From: Candidatus Saccharimonadota bacterium
GTDB taxonomy: Bacteria; Patescibacteriota; Gracilibacteria; Absconditabacterales; Absconditicoccaceae
Assembly: GCA_030429145.1 (NCBI GenBank)
Contig: JAUIDC010000001.1
Location: forward strand, 660,001 to 692,000
Length of the DNA: 32,000 nucleotides
Direction: 5' to 3'
Below, piece by piece: positions 1 through 9,375 of this stretch (its first letter is position 1; the number at the start of each line of letters is the position of its first letter). A model generated the notes under the pieces. That model saw only the letters and a program-made list of their open reading frames with translations, had not been told where the DNA came from and did not search any database. The position numbers and the translations under genes were made by a program.

Positions 1-651
1 TATCACAATCAAAAACGGCAGATCTTTTTTCTCTCTTCAGAGAATCTCTTCTGATACAGGTATTGTGGAAGCATTGTTGAGGGCGTAGATGAGTACGCCG
101 TATGGGAGGAACCATTGTGCTTTATCGCCAAGAAGAAAGTGTTCAGGTGTTGTGTGAAGAAATCCGTAGATGATCAGGAAGATGAGCATACACAGGAGTA
201 TGGTGACGATTTTTTTATCATACTTTTTTATGCCATCTACTCACTTGTAGATAAATCATCCCATGATGAGTGCGTAGACCGTCGCAGAAATAGCTGGTTC
301 GAATGCGCTGTTCGGTCAAAGGATAACATTGACAAAGATGCTACTCAAAGAGATATACGCAAACATCGTAGCAAGGTACTGCAAACATGTGGCAATGGTA
401 GCAAACTTCCCTCGCCTTTTAGGAAGCAACAATTGCATCATGGCTGGGAGGCGCATCCTGCTTGGGAGGCTAAGAGCTACCTCAGCGATGAGCAAATTGA
501 GGATGATCGCTAAAGAGCCAATAAGAAGTATCCACATAGTCCCTTGTAGCACTCAGGCCTGTGCAAAAGCATAGGGCACACCAAATAATCACGCTCCGAG
601 CGTGCCTCAGATGATAGTAGAAACTGCAATAAGATTATTTTTTGTTAACAT
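1..651 (-). CDS. Amino-acid permease-like integral membrane protein (Trp/Tyr-permease / Aa_trans-like); 3' end lies outside the window
   Basis: ATG at 651-649, 15 nt after the dnaE-C TAG in the same frame. Table-25 translation MLTKNNLIAVSTIIGGTLGAGLFGVPYAFAQAGVLQG... stays open to position 1 through 7 in-frame TGA (607, 589, 553, 316, 256, 241, 37). It shows a series of hydrophobic helices and the N-terminal GxxxGAG(L/M)xxxP motif of this permease class. Confidence 0.5.
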
Positions 652-666
652 TTTGTATGATAGTTT

Positions 667-3600
667 CTATGAGTCTAAAAGTGAACGTAATTTTGCAATG
701 CCAGTAGGATTCAACTGTCTTTCGATAGCTCCGATAGTGACCTGATGTTCTCCCGGATGTTGTTTGACAACCTGTGCTACCTGTTGTAGTAACGATGGGT
801 TATCAGGGAGGGCGAACTGCATAGGTCATGTGGCTTCTTCATTGCTTGAACTGCCTCAGCCAGTGCTGTTATTTTCGTCGTTGCTATTGCTATCACTATC
901 GCTTTCATCATCTCTGAGTTCGTCTGACGCTTTTTCAGCTTGTTTGAGGCTGATCGTCTCGCCTGTTTCGCTGTCGACGATCTCATCTTCGAGGTCTCCT
1001 GTACCGTGTGCCAGTGCATTGACACCGAGCCTGGTAGTTTTTACCTCCGCGACGGATTCATCATTGTATTTATTTGATTTTTTTGCTTCTTCTATGATAC
1101 TTTCTAGCGATGTTTTCACGATTTTACTGATCTTAAGAGATCTGTTTTTCCAACCTTCAATAATCAAAATATCAAACTTCTGGATATCCAAAGTCTCTTT
1201 CATGAAAAACTCTATCTCATCGGAAATATCTTCTACTGCGACAAAATATCACTTCTTTTTTGCTCTCTGAATGTTTCTCACGAAACAGAGGATCTTCACA
1301 TTGCCAAAGGCCTGTTCTTTGTCGTAATATTTGAACATGCTGATAAGCGAGTATCTTCCTTTGATATATGGATAGAGTCCATCAAATGGATGACCTGACA
1401 CAAATGTTTTAAATACATCATATTCGGTCAGCAGTTTTTCCATTTTACTGGTTGGCTCTGCTTGTTCGAGCTCGAGTTTTGGCTTCACATCGGCGACCGC
1501 AAATAAGCTCTGCTCAGCATTGTTGCTACCCGCCATTTTTACCCACTCAATGATGCGGGGCACATTGTGGAGGATTGTCTTGCGGTCAACAAAACCTGAG
1601 AACGCTCACGCCTTTGCGAGAGATTCCAGTGTTTTTTTGTTGATGAGACTCTCGCACCTTGTGAGAAAATCTTCGAGATCTTTGAACGGACCGTTCTGTC
1701 TTCTTTCTTGCTCGATCTGTTCGCTGACGTCGCCGCCGACTCATTTGATACATTGAAATCCAAGCCTGATCGAATCGTCTATGGCGGCGACATGTCTGAA
1801 CGACTCATTGACATGAGGCGGTAGCACGCGATATCCCTGCAGCTTCAGCTCATTAATAAACTTACTGAGTTTCTCAGCATCTTCTTCAACAGACCTTAGC
1901 AAGGCTGCATTGAACTCAATAGGGTAGTTCGCCTTGAGATAAGCCGTCTGATATGAGAGCATACCATATGTTACCGAGTGGGACTTATTGAATGAGTAGA
2001 ACGCTGCAGGTTCTATCATTTTTTCATAAATCCATGTACTCGTCTCCTCTTTATATCCTCTAAATGAAGCAGCTTTTTCGATGAACTGTCACTTAATTTC
2101 TTCAATAACTTCTTTAATTTTCTTACCAATACCACGTCTCAGATTGTCCGCTTCTGCAAGTGAAAATCACGCCATCGCTTGTACCAAGAACATGAGCTGT
2201 TCTTGATAGACAGCAATACCATAAGTTACTGCGAGAATAGGATCGAGGTCTTCCTCTAATTTTTTCTTTTCTTCCTGTGCCGTTGCCTCGTCGTATTTCT
2301 GTACGAGGATATCCCACAGCTCTGGAAGCATATAATTTTTTTCTTCTTCTCCGTGTTTTCTTGCGATATATCTTGGGATAAACTCCATCGGTCCGGGACG
2401 ATAGAGTGCACCCATCGCGATGATATCGTTTACGTCAGTTGGTTTGAGTTTTACCAAAAAGTTTCTGATACCATCTCATTCAAATTGAAACACTCATGAG
2501 GTGTCTCACTTTTGGAGAACTCTTTCGAAGGTGTTCTGGTCGTCCAATGGTGGTTCAAAAACCATCGTTTCAAAGTAGTTCTGGAAGATCTCTGGTAGAT
2601 CTTTACCAGCATTTTTATATTTCGCTCTGACGATTTTCATCGTATTTTTAATGAGCGTCAAAGTTCTGAGACCCAAAAAGTCCATCTTCAACAGTCCAAT
2701 ATCTTCAAGGTCGTGTCACTCATATTGTGTGACGAGTTCTTTCTTTTCTTCCTCTTCGGGTTTGCTTTTTCCTTGAGGCTTAGGTGGATGCTGTACTGGG
2801 GTATAGGTGGTAATTTCTTCTGGTGCAATGATGATACCACACGCGTGCACACCTGTTCCCCTTACTGTCCCTTCAAGTTTGATAGCTTCGTCAAATGTCT
2901 TTTTGATGATAGGATCATTTTCATACATGTTCCTCAAATCTTCTGTAGCATCGAGCGACGCTTGGATGGTTTTTTCATTGATAAGTGAGGCGATGAAATT
3001 TGATCTATCGAAAGGGATACCCATGACTCTTGCGACATCTTTGAATGCAGCACGAGCAGCCATGGTCATATATGTTCCAATATGTGCAACTTTTTCTTTA
3101 CCGTATTTGTCTGCGACGTAGTCTACTACCTTATCTCTCTGTACATCTTCAAAGTCCACGTCGATATCGGGCATCGACACACGGGCAGGATTGAGAAATC
3201 TTTCAAAGAGGAGATCATAAGGGAATGGATCGACATCGGTAATGCCGGTGAAATAGGCCATGAGTGAACCAGCGGCAGAACCACGTCCAGGGCCCACAGA
3301 GACATCATGTGTCTTTGCCCAGTTGATGAAATCCTGTACGATAAGGAAGTAGGTGTTATATCCCATCTCTTTTACTACTTTGAGTTCATATTCGAGACGC
3401 TCGATATAATCAGCAATTGATATTTTCCCATACAGATTCTCTTTATATTTTGCGATAAGTTTTTTCTTCTCTTCGGTGTAGGTGAGGGCAGTGATTTCTT
3501 TCAGTTCTGCCGGTGTCGTCTCTGTCAGTTTTTTCGTCAAATGACCTTTGTCAGTGATAGCAACCATGCTCAAAATATCTTGGTCTGACCATTCATCTAT

Positions 3601-3669
3601 CTCCATTCTTCTCTTCATCCCCGCATATGACAGGTAACGTAATTCAAATTCAAAAATATCCATTCTCAC
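667..3669 (-). CDS. dnaE: DNA polymerase III alpha subunit, C-terminal fragment (palm/thumb/fingers, beta-binding, HhH, OB and C-terminal tail); lacks the PHP domain
   Basis: Six track ORFs (2716-3669, 2506-2691, 2167-2457, 1741-2019, 1249-1563, 856-1203) share one frame and are joined only by TGA (11 in total). Motifs: GPGRGSAAGS, LLFERFLNPARVSMPDIDVDF, KMDFLGLRTLT, LYRPGPM, YGIAVYQEQ, FNKSHS. TGA aligns with conserved Gly (CIK[TGA]VGG vs E. coli AIKGVGEG; QAMA[TGA]FSLAEAD vs VLSGYTLGGAD). An in-frame TAA lies 7 codons upstream of the ATG at 3669, and the gene ends with TAG at 667. Confidence 0.93.
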
Positions 3670-3790
3670 TCAACTCGTGGAAAATTAAAACGGACTTTTA
3701 TTGTGTTTGCCCCCTTTATAAAAAAATGAGAATAGAAGTCTATGCGTAAATTAAAAAAACCTCCCGTAGGAGATTTTTCGTTGGAGTTTA

Positions 3791-4573
3791 TTATAGATCT
3801 TTTTCTTTGATATTAGTTTCGCTGTAGTCGTGTGTTGACTGTACTCTGTGTCAGCTTGCTGTTGACCAAGTTTTTCGCGATGCCAACCCATCATTGATTT
3901 TGAGAAACACCTTACCATCACGACCTATTGCGCCTCTCGCATAGAGGAGCAGGTTAATGCTTTGTTGTTCTTCGACGGTAAGATCTGATACATGATCGAG
4001 ATATACATACGCACTTCATTTGTTTGCTTGCAAGATTTTTCCAATGGCGTTCAGCGGCACATCTGTTTCAAATTTATAGACACTATTGAGTACTTCTTCT
4101 TTATTTTCTCTGTCATCAAAGCTTTGTAAAAACTTTTGAAACTCCTGTTTGTAGGTAGTCATGAATGCTTTATAGTCCTCAGAAGAAACTTGTTTCATTT
4201 CGTCGTTGATCATGCTTCTTTGTACTATTGATTTTATAGCCATTTCTTCACTTTCTCTCCCAGGATATTTGTTCATTACTGCGTGCATGATAGCAAACAT
4301 GACATCATCTTCTCCTTTTGCACTACAATCAACATACATAATTGGACTAGTGTCACTCAGCGCTTCTGCAAGCTGCTTTTGGTGCTTTTCTTGCATGATC
4401 TCAGAAATAGTTTTTTCTAGCTTCAACTCATTACCTTCTTTCCGAGGCACTTTTGATCTATCAAAATCAAAAGGCTTTGTCTCTTGATGCTCATACTGAG
4501 GACAAATCATCGTGCAGTCTTGGTAGTCTAAGACCATATCTATCACAATTGATGCGGGTGATTTCTGAGCCAT
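3791..4573 (-). CDS. Hypothetical protein (260 aa)
   Basis: Track ORF 4016-4573 continues through TGA at 4016 and 3851 to TAA at 3791. The extension (SAYVYLDHVSDLTVEEQQSINLLLYARGAIGRDGKVFLKINDG...) looks protein-like rather than random. I recognise no family. Confidence 0.6.
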
Positions 4574-5247
4574 TTTTTATCATGGGAGTATTTAAATGGA
4601 GATATTGTATCTAATTGTGTTGTTAAGTCAATGATTGAAAAAGAAATCCCCCAACTGATACAGCCGGGGGGATAGTTTGTTCATTGGAAATTTATTACCT
4701 TGCCTTTTGATGTTATACCTTCGCCCTCCCTAGGGTCAAACCCTTTGATGACATGTTCTAGTTCTGCATAGTATCGGATGTTGTGCGTATGCGAGATAAA
4801 GATCACATAATGCTCTTGTACGATGTCCTTGATACTTCTCCTGAGGTTCTCGTCAGTGCACTTATTTCGTTCGTCTAGCGAAATCTCATGAGCAGACAGT
4901 ATACAAGTTACTTCCACATCATTCTTTTCAAGTTCATCTTTCAGAAGCCTGGCCGAGTTTTGGGGTCGGTCCAGAGGACTGTGTACGATAATGACGCGTG
5001 TGTGTTGAGGGAGTTCACTCTGCAATAGCTTCCATACTTCGTGTGTTCTTCTGAGATTTTCTTGTGTGTGATGTGACATACTATCTCGGAATGTCCAGAC
5101 GCGTAGCAGAGAGTAATCGAATAAGGGCAGTGGTTCATCAATAGGAGCCTTAACGGTAATTGTTGTCTCGGGCTCATTTTGTTCTTTTTTTCGCAAAAAG
5201 GGCAATAGCGATGTAATAATATTCCAAATTGCATTTGGTTTTGACAT
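4540..5247 (-). CDS. Histidine-phosphatase (SixA/PGAM superfamily)-like protein. The literal table-25 model ends at TAG 4540; the recognisable domain ends at the TGA at 4681
   Basis: Track ORF 4681-5247 (188 aa) carries VIIVHSPLDRPQNSA (family motif SPLxRAxQTA) and FISHTHNI (second conserved His). The position of the RHG motif reads FRDS. After the TGA at 4681, the next non-TGA stop is 47 codons away, beyond the hairpin, and the extension overlaps the next gene's start. Confidence 0.45.
4604..4631 (-). promoter_or_regulatory. Sigma70-like promoter for the 3791-4573 gene
   Basis: On the minus strand: TTGACT (4631-4626), a 16-nt spacer, then TACAAT (4609-4604). It ends about 30 nt upstream of the ATG at 4573 and lies immediately downstream of the hairpin at 4646-4673. 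Confidence 0.45.
4646..4673 (-). terminator. Rho-independent terminator-like hairpin
   Basis: ATCCCCC (4646-4652) pairs with GGGGGAT (4667-4673), with an inner CTG/CAG extension. On the minus strand it is followed by TTCTTTTTC. It begins 8 nt after the TGA at 4681-4683. Confidence 0.55.
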
Positions 5248-5419
5248 AAGGCTCGTTTTGTTTTAGATCTGTATTCTATCGATTTGATGAAATAAGTCAA
5301 CATTGTTCGACTGGTAAGTCCATCGGTAAGTTGTAATATTTTCTTTTGCATTGACTATCTAAATCACTATTTATAGATGATAACTAGGTCGATTTTTTAC
5401 TATTGGAACAAATAGATAT

Positions 5420-7336
5420 ATGACAGCAAAGAAACAAGAGTATGATGCATCGCAGATTAAAGTCCTTGAGGGATTGGAGCCTGTGAGACAGAGACCCGGA
5501 ATGTATATTGGTTCGACAGATGTAAGAGGACTTCATCACTTAGTATATGAAATTGTCGACAATGGTGTGGACGAAGCACTGGCTGGATATTGTAACAATA
5601 TATCACTGACTATCCACAAAAATGGATGGGTGAGTGTGAAAGATGATGGTCGTGGTATCCCAGTGGATATTGTAGGGAAGACTGGAAAGTCAGGTCTTGA
5701 AACAGTGTTGACCGTGCTCCATGCTGGAGGTAAGTTTGAAAAGAGTGCATATAAGGTTTCAGGAGGTCTGCATGGTGTGGGTGCTTCTGTGGTAAATGCT
5801 CTTGCAACAGAACTGAAAGCAACTGTCTATAAACATGGGAAGATTCATACTATTTCATTCAAACGTGGTGTACCAACGTCTGAGTTGCAGGTGGTTGGAG
5901 AGACAGATCTTCAGGGTACAACTATTGAATTTCTTGCTGATGATACTATTTTCGAAACAACAAAATACAACTATGAAACTCTCTCATCTCGTTTGAAGTA
6001 TGCTGCATATCTTACTCCGGGTGTTACATTTACTATCACCGATGAGGCTGCTGGTAAAGCAGAAAGATTTTACTATGAAGGTGGTATCAAGACATGGTTG
6101 AAAAATCTTGTGGATGATCAAAAGCCATTGTCAGCACTACACTATGTTAATAAAGAAGGAAAGGATGTACTGGTTGAGATCTCATTTCAGTACGTAAACT
6201 CAAACAATGATAATATCCTCTCATTCGTAAATAATATTAATACCACAGACCACGGTACTCATGTCGTTGGTTTCAAAAACGCCATGACCAATGTGATCAA
6301 CGAAGTAGCGAAGGCAAAAGGTAAGATCGACAATAAAATTGGTGAGTTCCAAGCATCAGACATTACTGAAGGTTTGTATGCTATTGTGACAGTGAAGATT
6401 CCTGAGCCTCAGTTTGAAGGTCAGACAAAAGGAAGACTTGGAAATAGTTATGTAAAGAAAGAGGTTGAAGAGATTGTTACTGACTATCTCAGATCTCACT
6501 TTGCTGAAAACGAAGAAGAGTTTGACTCTATCCTTGAAAGGATTGTGCTTTCTGCAAGAGCAAGACTTGCAGCAAAGTTTGCTCGTGAAACAGTACTGAG
6601 AAAGAACGTGCTAGCTGGAGGAGTACTTCCAGGTAAGCTTTCAGACTGTTCAAGACGTGGTAAAGAGGGTACAGAGATGTTTATCGTCGAGGGTGATTCG
6701 GCGGGGGGTACTGCGAAGCAGGGACGTGATAGTGAATTTCAAGCTATCTTGCCACTCAGAGGTAAGATCCTCAATACCGAGCAAGCTATGGTACAGCGTA
6801 TCATGGGCAATAACGAAGTGAAGTCACTTATCACCGCTATTGGTGCAGGACTCAAAGATATGTATGAGGAAGACAAGTTGAGATATGATAAGATCGTTAT
6901 CATGACCGACGCCGATGTCGATGGTGCGCATATTAGAACACTTCTTCTCACATTCTTCTTTAGATATATGAGACCACTTATTGAAAATGGTCATCTCTAT
7001 ATTGCTGTTCCACCTCTCTATAAGGTAAAACAGGGGAAGAAAGAGCAGTATATCTATCCTGTAGATGATTCAGACCTTGCGGCTTCACTTAAGAAGTACG
7101 GCTTCAAAACCGATGAAAAGTATGAGATCCAGCGTTATAAGGGTCTCGGTGAAATGAATGCTGAGCAGCTCTGGGAGACAACTATGGATCCGGTAAGAAG
7201 AAAGATGTTGCAGGTGACAGTAGAAGATGCAGAGGAGGCAGACAAGCTCTTCCGTATCCTCATGGGTGACGATGTGATGAGTAGAAAGCACTTCATCCTC
7301 ACTCACGCAAAGAAAGTGAAAGAACTCGACGTATAA
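5420..7336 (+). CDS. gyrB: DNA gyrase subunit B
   Basis: Uninterrupted 638-aa ORF. Motifs: LEGLEPVRQRPGMYIG, GGLHGVGASVVNALS-type GHKL ATPase motifs, the Toprim EGDSAGG, and PLRGKILN, IMTDADVDGAHI and QRYKGLGEM. Stop is TAA. There are no in-frame TGA. Confidence 0.97.
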   Translation: MTAKKQEYDASQIKVLEGLEPVRQRPGMYIGSTDVRGLHHLVYEIVDNGVDEALAGYCNNISLTIHKNGWVSVKDDGRGIPVDIVGKTGKSGLETVLTVLHAGGKFEKSAYKVSGGLHGVGASVVNALATELKATVYKHGKIHTISFKRGVPTSELQVVGETDLQGTTIEFLADDTIFETTKYNYETLSSRLKYAAYLTPGVTFTITDEAAGKAERFYYEGGIKTWLKNLVDDQKPLSALHYVNKEGKDVLVEISFQYVNSNNDNILSFVNNINTTDHGTHVVGFKNAMTNVINEVAKAKGKIDNKIGEFQASDITEGLYAIVTVKIPEPQFEGQTKGRLGNSYVKKEVEEIVTDYLRSHFAENEEEFDSILERIVLSARARLAAKFARETVLRKNVLAGGVLPGKLSDCSRRGKEGTEMFIVEGDSAGGTAKQGRDSEFQAILPLRGKILNTEQAMVQRIMGNNEVKSLITAIGAGLKDMYEEDKLRYDKIVIMTDADVDGAHIRTLLLTFFFRYMRPLIENGHLYIAVPPLYKVKQGKKEQYIYPVDDSDLAASLKKYGFKTDEKYEIQRYKGLGEMNAEQLWETTMDPVRRKMLQVTVEDAEEADKLFRILMGDDVMSRKHFILTHAKKVKELDV

Positions 7337-7366
7337 TCTCTTATTTCTTATGATAATTATAGGTGT

Positions 7367-7918
7367 ATGCTACATCTTTTGAAATGACAGCTCGAGAATA
7401 ATGGAGGAAAAACTTTTCTCCACAATGACTTTCTTGGTATAGAGGTCTACTATGCTGGGAAACAAAAAAAAGGAACGTGGTTCCTTTTTCCATATATGGA
7501 TGAAAATCATAAGACTATAGTTTACTTTGCCTTTGATACGATAGAGCAAAGAGTCGCATTTGAGGAGGTGCTCAAAATATCTGGTATTGGCCCGAAGACA
7601 GCTTTTGCGGTGGCGGCTATTGATAAGAAAGAGCTCCAGAAAGCTATAGATGAGTTTGATGTCAAGGCGATTCAAAAGATCCCTGGTATCGGTCCAAAGA
7701 CAGCGAAAAGACTTCTTGTTGAGCTGAAGGCGACGCTTCGTCCAACAGATCTGAAGAAACTGGACATCGATGAGAAACTCTTTAAGAGTATCGTGGCCAC
7801 TATGAAGAATATGGGCCGAGATGCTACTACAGTGAAAAAGAAGTTAGCTGAGTGTCCGATCCCATTGGAAAAGGAGCACTTACAGGATATCATTAAGTGG
7901 CTTATCGGACAAATGTAA
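7367..7918 (+). CDS. ruvA: Holliday junction DNA helicase subunit RuvA
   Basis: The ATG at 7367 gives MLHLLK[TGA=G]QLEN..., matching the RuvA N-terminus MIxxLxG. This extends track ORF 7496-7918. Two HhH motifs are present (ISGIGPKTA and IPGIGPKTAKRL). Stop is TAA. Confidence 0.88.
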
Positions 7919-7943
7919 TCTGTGAATAAACTATTGAAATAAG

Positions 7944-7971
7944 AAAAAACCGTGCATTACGCACGGTTTTT
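7944..7971. terminator. Bidirectional rho-independent terminator
   Basis: AAAAAA-CCGTGC-ATTAC-GCACGG-TTTTT lies between the convergent ruvA (+) and the small acidic ORF (-). Confidence 0.8.
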
Positions 7972-7993
7972 CTATTAGAATCTGAGATCTAAG

Positions 7994-8158
7994 TTATGCA
8001 GCAGCAGCTTCGTTGTTTTCTTCATTGTTTTCTTCATTGTTGTTTTCAGTAGCTGGGTTTGCATTTCCCTCAGTAGTACTTTCTGTACCTTCTGCACCTG
8101 CGTTTTCTTCTGTTGCAGGAGTTTCAACGTTGTTTTCTTCCATATTCATCTTTGTCAT
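7994..8158 (-). CDS. Small acidic low-complexity protein (54 aa, Asn/Glu-rich)
   Basis: MTKMNMEENNVETPATEENAGAEGTESTTEGNANPATENNNEENNEENNEAAAA, ending in TAA. It sits between the dnaE-N stop and the terminator at 7944-7971, so it would be co-transcribed with dnaE-N. The start is uncertain (the track uses TTG at 8203) and there is no clear SD sequence. Confidence 0.35.
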   Translation of the reverse strand: MTKMNMEENNVETPATEENAGAEGTESTTEGNANPATENNNEENNEENNEAAAA

Positions 8159-8246
8159 GGTTGAGAGGATAAAAAAGCTACTACTAGGTAGTAACGACCT
8201 CAAAGGTACCCATTGTCTACCCTAATGCAAGCTTAAATTACGACAA

Positions 8247-9173
8247 TTAAGAAGCCGGTTTTGCACTGAATTGTTCGTATAAATGCTTGATTTCTGTCGG
8301 ACTTTCATATGCAGGGAAAAGGAGCTGATGGAGAGGGATTTTGACGTCAATCATGTTGATCAGTTGATTGTTGTTGTCAATCCGAGTCTGTATTTGTTCC
8401 TTAGAGTACCCATTTGCCTCTAAAAGAGAGATTACTTCCTTTTCGCTCATAATGTGCCAATCTCCTTCTGCTTTCTTTCTGCCATGTTCATAGTATTGTT
8501 TTCCGTCCTTGATACATCTTGCGATATCGAATGCGTCTTTTTCTTCTTCTGAGACATAGTGGAAGTTGTTGTCCACGAGACAAGGGATCGAGCTTGCCTT
8601 GCTCAGGGCTATGATAGCGTCATTTACTTTCTTTATGAGCGGGAGCTCGGTATGTGACTGTGCACATACTTCGAAGAAGAACTGATCAGCAGGAAAGTAT
8701 GAAGCGTAGAGCTGCATGAGTTCTGTCATTTTCTTTTCCGATTCTCATTGTTGTAAAAGCCAAGCTATGTAGCTATTTTCTCCTCAGATGACTCCTATAA
8801 GGTTTGTAGTTCTGTCACGAAGCTTTTCTATGGGGAAACAGGCTGTATTTTCTGAAGATCCTGTATGAGCTTCCGATACGATCTTAAGCAGTTCTTGGTA
8901 TCCTTCATAGTTCTTTGCAAGGAGGGTCATATAGTAGGGTTTGTCTAGTTTCCCTTCTTTCATCATATGCGTGCAGATGTCTACACCTACAAGAGGCTTA
9001 AGATCTTCTTTTTGTGCAACAATAAAGTGCTGAATAGCTCCATACATGCCATTGTAGTCCGAGATTGGCATGACAGTCTGTCCTAAGCTTTTTATCTTCT
9101 TCGCTATAGCTTTGAGATCACCGATAGCATGAAGGAGAGAGTAATGGCTATGTCAGTGTATGTGATTGAACAT
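8247..9173 (-). CDS. dnaE: DNA polymerase III alpha subunit, N-terminal fragment (PHP domain only, 308 aa)
   Basis: The ATG at 9173 gives MFNHIH[TGA]HSHYSLLHAIGDLK... (the PHP HxH motif). It joins track ORFs 8784-9071 and 8247-8729 through TGA at 8784 and 8745. It is colinear with E. coli DnaE residues 1 to about 285, up to LLFPAYESP (E. coli LPQFPTG), and then ends at a genuine TAA (8247) after ...EQFSAKPAS. Confidence 0.9.
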
Positions 9174-9375
9174 CTGATAAGGCAGATAATATAAAGAAGA
9201 AAATGGGTAGAGGAATCTGTCACAGGAGAGAACCCTATTCGTTTATCACTAGTGTATAATTATTTTGCTTGAGTGTTCAATGTCAATGGTGACCTATTTG
9301 CATTGGTATAAAACTTTCGTAGTATAGGAGTCGAGAAAAGAGGATGTTTTTATCATTTTATTGTCGATAGGAGGT

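Noticed and set aside
291-308. tRNA-like T-loop string GGTTCGAAT.
   Set aside because: The flanking bases cannot form a T-stem (GCTGG versus GCGCT) and no acceptor or anticodon arms are evident. The string lies inside the permease coding frame.
115-574. Plus-strand track ORFs 115-513 and 329-574.
   Set aside because: They are antisense shadows of the permease gene. Their composition is Arg/Cys/His-rich and they carry no motifs.
764-1270. The 168-aa Ser/Leu-rich plus-strand ORF, and similar ORFs at 2713-3121, 4206-4487, 21430-22292, 25671-26297 and 30083-31760.
   Set aside because: All lie antisense to strongly supported genes (dnaE-C, the hypothetical at 3791, dnaA, nhaP, the SLH gene) and have low-complexity shadow composition.
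3600-3700. A split intein (as in cyanobacterial DnaE-n/DnaE-c) at the dnaE break points (also 8247-8300).
   Set aside because: The N fragment ends ...YEQFSAKPAS-TAA with no Cys/Ser-initiated ~100-aa extension. The C fragment has only 7 sense codons between an upstream TAA and its ATG, and no ...HN-Cys/Ser/Thr junction. Residues on both sides align directly to contiguous DnaE.
5420-7336. gyrB has zero TGA in 638 codons, which could suggest recent transfer from a standard-code donor.
   Set aside because: TGA density varies widely among clearly native genes here (SLH protein 2 in 597, dnaA 2 in 488, versus about 10 in elp3 and nhaP). The absence in one conserved gene is weak evidence, and I cannot compute composition statistics by eye.
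3670-8246. The 4.6-kb segment splitting dnaE as a mobile element or genomic island.
   Set aside because: I could find no integrase, transposase, flanking direct or inverted repeats, or tRNA target. Its cargo includes essential gyrB and a ruvA that itself uses TGA for a conserved Gly. It looks like native DNA moved by rearrangement.
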